From: a virus
Virus record (IMG/VR): IMGVR_UViG_3300024255_001563
Coordinates: 71,459-135,458 of that record
Strand: one strand, 5' to 3'
DNA length: 64,000 nucleotides
Made by a program: the position numbers and the translations under genes. Of this stretch, positions 46,201 to 58,200 are shown in pieces. The notes under the pieces were generated by a model. It was not told where the DNA came from. It did no database searches and saw only the letters and a list, made by a program, of their open reading frames with translations. The first letter of the stretch is position 1. Each line of letters opens with the position of its first letter.

Positions 46201-49200
46201 CAAAATTAGGATTATATCCGTTACATCAACCTGAACAGTTTGTTGACAATTCTTACAGCACTCCGGTAACGTTAATTAAAGGACACGATGGAAGCATTGT
46301 AAGAGCGTTTAATGACTATAGAGATGAGCTGATTCTAGAATTAGAAAAGAGAATTTTTAATAATATTAAAGTTAAATATGATCAGACACTGTTTAACATA
46401 CATAATTACTTACCGGGACTAAATCGTAATACAGGGTTTAGTAGACAAGAAGTTTACACTCCGATGATTAGTGACTTTTTACAATGGATGACACTTGTTG
46501 ACACAGATTATACTATAAACAGTTATTACGATAGGCAAAATAGTTTCACATTTAATTATTCTAAATTATCAGATAAAAACGGCGACATGTTACCGGGTTG
46601 GTGGAAAGGTGCATTTAGACATTACTTTGACACTATTACACCTCACTTAACTCCTTGGACAATGCTAGGTTATACTATAAAACCTACATGGTGGGAAGAC
46701 CAATATGGCCCGGCACCTTACACTAAAAATAATTATCTTTTATGGGAAGATTTAGAAAAGGGCATTATTAGAGAGCCAGGAAAAGGTTTTGTAATCAATC
46801 CGCTTTATGCTCGTCCTGGATTAACAACGTTTATACCTGTTGACAAAAATGGCAATTTGTTAGGACCTTCAGATTGTAACATTCCTAAGAAGTTTAACAC
46901 AGTTAATCTTAACGATGGATTTGTATTTGGAGATTCGGCTCCTGTTGAAGAAGCTTGGAGAAATAGTTCTGAGTTTCCATTTGCATTATTAACTAGCTTG
47001 GCAATAAATAATGCACCGTTATTACTAGCTACTGGATACGATAGATCTAGACAAGTTCGAAATCAGTTAGGGCATATAGTTTATTCTGAAACAGATACTT
47101 ACATAAAATTACAAGATATTGTTACTTTCAGTGATGCACAAGACTCTCAGTTAATACAAACTTCAGGTGTTGTAAATTATGTGCAAGGATATATGGCTTC
47201 TACACTATCAGATAATTTTTATAATTATCAAACAGCATTAACGTCGATTCAAAATAATCTAGCATTTAAAGTAGGCGGCTTTACTGATAAAAGTAAGTTT
47301 AAATTAATACTTGATAGTAGAACTCCGTTAAACGACGGTAATGTATTCATTCCTGAAGAAAACTATCAAATTTTCTTAAGAACTAGCTCTCCATTAAAGA
47401 CAATTAACTACAGTGGTGTTATTATCGAATTAAGTGCCCAGGGATTTGTAATTAGAGGTTACGATAGAGAAATACCTGCATTTACTTACTATCCTTCGTA
47501 CCAGTCATCTAACGATATAAGCACAAATGTTGGCGGAGTTTCAGAATCGTTTGTGAGATGGGAAGCAAATAGAACGTATTCAAAAGATACTATAGTTGAA
47601 GGTGCAGCAGGAGTTTACTACAGGGCTACGTCTACCTTTACTTCAGTTAATCAAATTGACACTAAGAACTTAGTAAAACTTCCTAAACTACCGGTAACAG
47701 GCGGAATTGATGCAATATTTAAAAGCAAGTTTAATAAATCACAAACACTAAGTTTGCAATATGGAAGTACACTACGTACTGTACAAGAAGTAATTGATTT
47801 TTTATTGGGATATGAAGCTTGGTTAAAAGATCAAGGATTTAGATTTGAGTATTTTGACGGCAATGAGCAGATCATTTCAGACTGGAAAGCATCTGCTAAA
47901 GAATTTATGTTTTGGGTTACACATAAATGGGGCGAAGGCGCATTAATCTCGCTCAGTCCGGCAGCAGATCAAGTGTATTTTGAAACAGAATATTCGATAG
48001 TTGATAGCGTAACTGATAATTTTTATGGATATAGCTTACTTAAAGCAGACGGTAAATCATTAACACAAGACCTTATTAAAATTAATCGTATAGAAGATAA
48101 CGTTTTTAAACTAGAGCCTGCTAGTGCAACAGATGGAATTTATGCTATTAAGCTTCCTGTTGTACAAAAAGAGCATGTTGTATTAATTGACAATTTATCA
48201 GTATTTAATGATATTGTTTATCAGCCAGAAACAGGATACAGGCAAGACAGAATTAAAATATTTGGATACCGCACAGGCGACTGGAACGGTAGTTTAAATA
48301 TTCCTGGATTTATATATTCGGAAGTTAACATAAGTGACTGGGAGCCTTGGAAAGATTACAAAGTAGGCGATATAGTAAAATACAAAGAATTTTATTATAC
48401 TGCTGATAAACAAGTACCTGGAGAAGAATTCTTTAATTTCTATAGTTGGAAACGTCTAGACGATGTTCCATCTAGCAAACTACAGCCAAATTTTGATTAT
48501 AAAGCTACACAGTTTACAGATTTTTATGATCTAGACACTGACAATTTTGATGTCGAGCAGCAACAGCTTGCACAACATTTAATTGGTTATCAAAAGCGCC
48601 AGTATTTAGAAAATATTGTTAATGACGAAGTTAGTGCGTATAAATTTTATCAAGGAATGATTAAAGAAAAAGGGTCTAAAAATAGTCTTGATAAATTATT
48701 TGATGTACTAAGCGAGACAGATTCTGATAGCCTTGATTTTTATGAAGAGTGGGCAATTAAACAAGGTCAATACGGATCAGCCGAAGGCTTTGATGAAGTT
48801 GAATTTAAATTAGACGAGCAAAAGTTTAGGTTAAACCCGCAACCGATAAAATTAACAAATTTAGATAATCTAGAGGGATTAACATACGGAATTAAAGACT
48901 ACGAAGTATTTAAAAAACCTAGCAATTATTCTACAGATTTATTTCCGACACTAGATACTTATAGCCAGTTTACACGTAGTCCCGGATTTGTTAATCTTGA
49001 CGATACAAAATATATACTATCTAATTATGATGACTTACTAACATTAAACATAGATACAACATTAAAAGGCGAGTATGTTTGGGTAGGATCTAGTTTAAAT
49101 TCTTGGAATGTTTATCAATATGATAAAATAGATACAACTTTAATTGGGGTTCAAACACTTCCTGAAAAAGTAACTGATACAACATCAGCTTATGAATTAA

Positions 49201-52200
49201 AATTAACTTTAAATAATTCTCCTAGTGTCGACGTTGGAGAAATTATCGGAGTATATGATGTAATTACAGAGACAGTAAGTGCCAACTCTGTAACTACAAT
49301 TCAGGAACAAAACAGTTTTAGTGGTTTCTTTAAAGTTACTAAAAAGGTATTAAACATTATATATGTTGAATCAGATGATCAATATCCTGAGGTAATTGAC
49401 TGTATTGGAATTATTACTAAGTTTGACTCTGTTAAAGTAGCAAATTATAAAGAAGCAAATGAGTTTGCACAGTCGGGCATAATCAAAGACTCGTTGATTT
49501 GGGTTGAAAACAATAATCAAAATTGGAAAGTTCTTAAAAACACTCAGCCATACAACTTACTGCAAAAAATAGAAGGCGATACTTCTGAAATTAATGACGA
49601 CTTTTCTAGATCTATTGCAGTTAATGATAGAAACAGTATAATCTCAATCGCATCACCAAACGCAGGCAATGACGGCAAAATATCAATATACAATAGAGGC
49701 GGAAATAATCAAGACTATCAGTTTTCGCAATTTATTGAACCAAATATAGAAGTTGCAAACTTTGGAAAGCAATTTGGGTTAGGACAAGGCTTTTCGTTAG
49801 ACGGAAAATATTTACTAGTAGGTGCACCAAGTGCAGCAAATGTAAAATCAAGATTTAAGGGTCCTTGGGACGAAAATACAGATTATCAAAATGGTGATAT
49901 TGTAAAATATGAAGGCCTATTATGGGAAATAATAGTAGACATTCAGGGTGCTGCTTCAGCACAAGAATTTGGAAGTTTTGGATCGATTATTGAAATTTTG
50001 CAAAAAAATAATATTTTTGCAGCAGAAGCATCATTTAAAAACATTGTTACTGGTAATTATCCGTTTAGTGACGTTGAAACTGATCATGTTTTAATTAGAG
50101 CACCTAGAGATCAATATAATGCAACAGGTACAGGAGATACTGTATTTTTTGATTGGTATTTACAAACTACTGCAAATCAGGATCAAGATGTTTTAGAAGA
50201 CAGACAGCCGTTTGACGGAGCTATTCCGCAAATAAATGAAACATTCTTAGAATCAGGATTAACAATTCAGAAAAAGGTCGACGTTGTTCTTTATATTGAC
50301 GTCATATCAGCAATTCCAGAAATTGGCGATCAAGTTGAAGCAGAAAATGTATTTGGGTATGTTAATTATGTGTTTGTAGATGCAGGTGCAGCAACAATTT
50401 ATATTGAAAGAACATCGGGGCAGTGGAGTACTACTGATAATATTTTCTTAGAAAGTGGTGAGTTTGTTGGACAATATGTTAAACAACTGCCCGACGAACA
50501 AATTGATGTAACAGCAGATTTAGGCGGTTACTGGTATTTTGATTTAGGAACAACTATTACAGTAGGTGACACAAGAACTGACGAAGGAAGATCATTAGCA
50601 GTTTATAATATAGTTCCTCAAGGAAGTGTAGATCTAGAGGCAGCTGGCGGCAACATCTACGATTTAAATAACAGTGTAACTAATATTGGCGAAAATTCTA
50701 TTAACAGTTATATTAGAACGTTAACATATCAAGGTACACCAGGCCCTGGAGGAAGTTTAAATATTATTCCTAGTGATCTGTTTATAGTTAGAGCACCAAA
50801 AGATTTAACAGATAAGTTAGTTGTAGGTGACGAAGTAGGATTAGAAATTTTAAGATTTCCAAAATACAGTGATGATAGCTATGTAGATATAACTCCTACA
50901 GGACTCTCATATACAGACACTAACAAGAAACATACATTGTATGATTTATGGACTGGTTACATTGATTTTGACCTAGACGAGTTAACGCCTCCGGATCAAG
51001 GCGGACAGCCTTACGAACCAAGAGTTGGCCAATTTGTTCGAGAAAGAACTCCTAATCCAGGCGGAACAGCTAGAGTAGTATTTTTCCAAAAGTTTAACAA
51101 CAGCCGTGGCAGAGTATATGTTACTGATGTACAAGGAGACTGGGGAATCGGTAACGACGGCAGATATCTTGAAATGATTGGCACCGAATCTGATACGTTT
51201 ACGAGTCAAACATTAGGCGACATTAGAGCAACTGCGTTAGGTAGTGAAGATTTAAATATTGGTAGTCTTTGTGTATTTCAGTTAGATGCTGAAATTGAAG
51301 ATGTTCCGCCAGCAAGTACTATCATAGGAGCAGAATATCTAATATACAAAGATTTTGAAATTTTAGGATTACCGCTTCTTCCTAATTTTCCAAGTTCAGA
51401 TAATTTTGATTATAAGCAAGTTTTTAATATTAAAACTGATCCTAATGGTAGCGGTAACGGGCTATCTAACTTTGGTTATTTTGCAGTATACGAAAAAGAA
51501 AATGTTTCGTCATTTAATGTTGTAAATTCATTTATTGTTCCAGACGAACTTGATAATTTAAGAATTGGTTCTACAATTAAAATTGCAAAACGTAACGATC
51601 TATATAAAGCATTTATTGGATGTGCAGGCAACGGAACGACTAACAACCCTGGAAGAATTTACTTTGTAAATAACGGTACAGACGATGAAGGTATAGTTTA
51701 TAATTGGGAACTTGCGAAAGACAAGCGTTATAAAGGAGAATTTAATTCTAATAAAAACTTTTTTGTAAATGATTATGTTTATTATGAAGGTTATTTTTAC
51801 GAAGCGTTAACTAACATTGCTGGTGACGGATCTACATTTATTCCAACTGAATGGCAATTAATCAATAGTGATCAAATTAGAAGTATTGATTACTTAGGAT
51901 ATGTGCCAAATGATACAAACATATTACCTGAAGATTTTAATTATAAAGGATTCTTTACTAAACGCTCTAACTACATTGTTGACGAAATTATACAATACCA
52001 AAACGGAAATTTTTACAAAGCACTAAGAAATATTCCTTTAAATTATAACGGATTTATTGATAATAATGGTGTAATAGAAGTTCCGTCAGCAGATTGGGAG
52101 TTAATAAACTTTACTCTTGGAGGCGATCAAGACTTAAGACTTGACTCTACAAACTTAGTTAAATTTGCAGAAAAGTTTGATGTAAGCGATAACGCAGAAG

Positions 52201-55200
52201 TGTTAGTTGTAACTGCTGAATTTAATAACGGTATAAGAAAAGTTGTTATTTATAGAAATGTAAATGATAATTACCAAAAAACACAGGAACTTGTATCTCC
52301 ATTAGTTAACGATCTTAACATAGAGTTTGGCAAGTCTTTGAGCATTAGCCAAGATGGAAATTTAATTGCAATAGGCGCCCCTGGCGCAGATGACTCTACA
52401 TTAGGCGATAACATTGGCGCAGTTTATATATACGAACAAAAAGACGGAACCTTTGAGCTATCTCAGACACTAACAAGCGCAACGCCTGCAGAAGGTGAAG
52501 CATTTGGAAGTACTATTGATTTTGATGGTAGAACATTATACGTTAGTGCGTATAACGCATCGAGCGATGATGATACTACATTTGACAATACGTCAACAAC
52601 GTTTGATAATTTATTTACAGCATTTAAAAATAAAATTAAAATTAACGGTGCGGTTTATGTTTATGACAGGATTGATAATTCGTTAATATTTGGACAAGCA
52701 ATTGATTATCACACTTACTTAGATCGAGACAGTGTAGCAGAAATTGACAGATTTGGTAGAAATATTCTTGCTAAAAATAATCACATTTATGTTGCAGTTC
52801 CTGAGTATACTAACTCTAGCGGAAATACTGGAATTTTATTAGATTACAGACGTCCAGGCACTGAAAAATTATGGAGTATCCATAGAGAAAACCAACCAAC
52901 TGTTGATTTAGAAAAAATTAAAAGTATTTTCTTATATGATTCTAAGAAAAATGAACTTGTACAGTATCTAGATTATATTGATCCTGCACAAGGCAAAATT
53001 GCAGGTCCTGCAGATCAAGAAATTAGATATAAAACAACTGTAGATCCTGCTGTTTACACACTAGGAACTAGCAATTTAGTAGTAGACGAAACATTATCAT
53101 GGGGTCCTGAACAAAAAGGCAGAGTATGGTGGGATTTATCTAATGCAAAATTTTATGATGTATATCAAGGCAACTTAATATATAAAGCAAATAACTTTAA
53201 TACACTGTATCCTGGAGCATCAATAGATGTTTACGAATGGGTAGAAAGTAAATACACTCCTGAAGATTGGGACAAACTTTCTATCACTTCCCGAGGTGCA
53301 GCTGAAAACATCACAGGAACTACAAAATACGGAAGTGTATCATATAGTTCACGACGAGTATATGATCCTGTTGTAGGAAGTTTTACAACTTATTTTTATT
53401 ATTGGGTTAAGAATAAAACAACAGTTCCTGACATATTAGGAAGAAAACTATCAGTTAACGCTGTATCTAAGTTAATTGAAGATCCTAAGGGAGAACAATA
53501 TAAATTTATTTCTTTTGCTGATTCGTCTTCGTTTGTGTTACACAACTGTGGGAAGCTATTAAAAGATAGTGACATTGTTCTTAATATACAATACTGGACT
53601 ACTGGAAACAAGTATTCTAATATTCATAACCAATATCAAATTGTAACCGAAGGCCTGTCAACTAGTGTGCCTAACGATACTATTATTAATAAAGTTTTTG
53701 ACAGTTTAGTTGGATACGATTCTCAAGGCAGAAATGTTCCTGATGCTACATTGTCAGTAAGAGAAAAATATGGGATACTTAACAAACCAAGACAGTCAAT
53801 GTTTGTTAATAGATCAGAAGCATTAAAGCAGGTTATCGAACGTGTTAATTTAATATTCAAAGAAAATTTAATCATAGACGAAAAAGACACTTCGTTATTA
53901 TTTGATAATGATCCTGCTCCAAAAATTACATCAGGTAGATACGACACTGTTATTGACAATCATGTAGATTTACAATTTGTTAGTTCGGCAAGAGCACAAA
54001 CAGCAGAGTTAACTCCAATAGTTGAAAATGGTAGAATTGTTCGTGTAGATATTGCAAATCCTGGAAGAAGCTACAAAGTTGTTCCTACATACGAAATAAC
54101 AGGACAAGGCGCAGACGCTAAACTTGCAATATCGTTAAACGCATTGGGACAAATAGATAATGTTGCAGTTTTAAATCAAGGATATAACTATAACGAAAAT
54201 ACAGTGATATCTGTTAGACCAATCGCTGTATTAGTTAATTCAGACGAAACTGCAAACAGTCAGTGGGCGCTTTATCATAGAATTAGTAACGAATGGATAA
54301 GAGTTGCATCTCAAGCATATGACGTTAAGTCTTATTGGGATTACATTGATTGGTATGCCACAGATTATGATCAGTTTACTCAAGTAAATCATCTAATTGA
54401 CTTTACATATAATTTGCAAGGCTTAGACGCAAATAATGGCGATATCGTTAAGGTATTAAATGCTGGCGGCGAGGGCTGGATCTTATTAGAAAAAATTGAC
54501 GAGCAAGATACTATTGACTATACTGTAAATTATAAAACAGTTGGAAAACAAAATGGTACAATTAAATTAAAAGAAACATTGTATAGTTTTGATAATAGCT
54601 TAATTGGATTTGACAATCAAACGTTTGATACACAATTCTTTGATAAACAGCCTATTGCAGAAGTACGTATAATTTTAAAAGCACTAAAGGATAATATTTT
54701 TGTTGCAGACTTGGCAGACGAATTTAACAACCTATTCTTTGTTTGTTTGAGATATGTATTTACAGAACAAGGCTATGTTGATTGGGCGTTTAAAACTAGC
54801 TTCATAAAGGCACAACATAATGTTGGAGACCTACAACAAAAAGTAACGTTTAAAAATGACAATTTAACAAGTTTTGAGAATTATATTAACGAAGTAAAAC
54901 CATATAAGTCTAAGATTAGAGAATACGTGTCAACTTATTCTAAACTAGAAAACACTTCAAATATAATTTCTGACTTTGATAGTCCGCCGCGATTTAATAG
55001 TACTACAGGAGCAATTACAGCAACAGATGTTAAAGTTGTTAACGGGGTACTGTTTAATACAGGACAAACAGCAGTAATTGATCAATCTTGGTTAGCTAAT
55101 TTAACATATGAAGTAATTGAAATCAATATAAGTGATTCGGGAGAAGGATATGTATTTCCTCCATTAATTGAAATTGAAGGAGACGCAACGGCTAAAGTAT

Positions 55201-58200
55201 CACTAGGGCCAAATGGAATATTGTCTAAAGTAATAATTACTAACTCCGGAAGTGGTTATATTTCAAAGCCTAATATTGTAATTAACGGGGCACTAAAAGA
55301 AGGCGGCAGACCAGCAAAGTTAGATGCAGTAATTGGAAATTCTCCTGTACGTAGCATGCATACTGTTGTTAAATTTGACAGAATATCGGGACAGTTTTTT
55401 ATTACACAACTAAATGAAACTGAATCCTTTGTTGCAACAGGATCAAAAACAGTGTTTGATTTAAAATGGCCTATGGACATGAGAACTAATACTGTTGAAG
55501 TTACGGTCGATGGCGAGCTGGTTCTTGGTAGTAATTACTCGTACAACAATCTTATTAATAGAAAAGATGGGTACGATAAATTTTATGGAAGAATTGAATT
55601 TATTGATCCTCCAGCTAACGAAGTAGTAGTTGAAGTAAACTATAAAAAATCTATCAATATGTTAGATGCTCAGGATAGAATCAATTTGTTCTATAACCCA
55701 ACAGACGGGCAAATTGGTAAAGATATCAGTCAATTAATGGACGGTGTTGATTACGGCGGCGTCGAAGTTAAGAGTTTTGAATTTGGTGCACCTCCAGGAT
55801 GGGATACCGGAGACTGGTATACGGATAACTGGGATGTCTTTGATGAAAATTACGACGACGAAAGTTTTGAAACAGACGGATCAACTTTAGTATTTGATTT
55901 AGCTAAACCTTTAGAAAGTGGCGTTACTTATAACGTTTACATTAATGGTACTAGAGTCGACGATAGCAACTGGGACGGAACATCATCGGTAGAATCTAAT
56001 CCCTACGCATTTATGGCGCCGCTTATCGGTGATGGGGTTACTGATACATTAGTATTTGATAATGAAATTAGATTCCGCCAAGTTGTAGACGAACTAGATA
56101 ATGGTAGCGGCAATGATAATCCTCCAGGAAATATTATTACTATTCGCAGAGCAACGTCAGATGGAAGCCAAGAAGTTAGCGGGTCGTCTTATGACACTGC
56201 ACTAACAGGAGGCGACTTAGCTTATACTACCGCAACAGGCATATCGGCAGAAGATATTAATATTGACGGTGACGGATTTGTAACTCCGACTACTTCAAAA
56301 GGTCCAGAAGAAGTTGTCCCAGGACAGATAATGGATACTCTTGATATTACTGTTTACGAACGTCCAAACAGCGGTACTGGTGTTATAGAAGTTGACAACT
56401 TTAAAGGTGATGGACAAACACAAGAATTTAATTTAACACAAACACCAATCTCTTTACAAAGTGTAATAGTTAAGAAGAATTATATAATTGTTAATCCAGC
56501 TGAGTATAGAGTTGATATTCCAAATAGCAAAGTAGTATTTTATACTGAACCTGCTAATGGAGATAATATTTCGATTATATCTTCGAGCTTAGGAGGTACG
56601 AACTTAGTTGACTACGGCGAAACATATACAGATGCTAGTACATACATATATGAAACTACTATTTCATATAGCAGCGAAAATACTGCATACGTAACAGTAA
56701 ACGGCGTAGAATTGCCCTTTGAACTTATTGATGATAATGGCAAAACAGCAATTAAATTTAGTGAATCTCTACCAGCTAACAGACTAATACAATATGGTGT
56801 TTTTGATTCAAATATTGAAACTTTTAGCAAAATATCAATAGATGAAATTACAGCAGATGGTTCTTCTATTAGTTACGAATTATCAAGAGCGCCGTTTGAA
56901 CAACAACCTACGTCCTATTACACTGTTGTTACAGTAAACAATGAGCGTGTTCTAAATGCAGGATATAGCGAAAGATTTATTGTAGAAGAAAGTGTACTAC
57001 AGTACAAAATGAAAGTATGGCAAATACCTGTAGGATCAGTTGAAGGAACAGAACTTAAAGTGTTCTTAAACGATAGAGAACTAACATTCTTGCAAGAATG
57101 GACATACGAAGGCGCAGGCAGCTTTAATGCTAGGATTAGTCCAGATGCGCAGCCTGGAAGTACTATTATATTAAATCGCGGCGTTGCAAATGCCGGAGAT
57201 GAACTAAAAGTGTTTATACTTTCGACAGGAGAATATAGATTTGGGTATTTTGATACAGATAACGATTTTGTTGACACAAGCGGAAAACAAACAGCAGCAA
57301 TACTTACTCCAGTAATCGAAGATGGCGTAATAACAGAAGTTACTATCGTTGATAGCGGACGCGGCTATAATGCTTCTTCAGGAATTTCTGCTAAATCTGA
57401 TACTGGTACAGGAGCAGAACTTGAAATTACTGTAGATGAATTAGGATCAATACAAAGTGTTATTGTTAATAACGGTGGCAGAGATTACAATAGCTCTACA
57501 ACAATTATTACAGAACTAGTTCCGGTACCTGCTATAATATACTTTGATGAAACTTTCGAATCAGGAGATATTATTAAGGTTTATCAATTTACTAATCATG
57601 ACGGTTTAGGTATTGAACGTGAAAAATACAATGTAGTAGAACGTACTCAAATGACAGTTGGTACTCCTGGCTATTACGATTCTCGTTTACTTAAAAATAA
57701 TTTGATTGACTTGCGTAAACAAGCAGTGAGTGTAGACTATGTATGGATTAATGTTAATGGCAAGTGGCTAATACCGACTGCTGATTATATTTTGTTAGAA
57801 GACAAAAAACGTATTCGATTTGTTACAACACTAAATGATTACGACATTGTAGATATCATACACTTTGCTGCACCATCTGTAAGTAATAGAATTGGCTGGA
57901 GACAGTTTAAAGATATGTTAAACAGAACTACTTATTTACGCTTGTCAAGCGAGGATGAATTTACAATAACAAGTCCTCTACATTGGTACGACAGGACTAT
58001 TGAAGTAAGCGAAGGCTATGAAAATTTACCTCAGCCAACTGCTAACAGTAAGTATCCAGGCGTAATTTTCATCGACGGAGAACGAATTGAATATTTCCGC
58101 AGAGAAGACAATATTTTAAAACAGCTTCGTAGAGGAACAATGGGAACTGGAGTTAAAGACATTTATATTGCTGGTACAACAATGTATAATCAGGGAATCG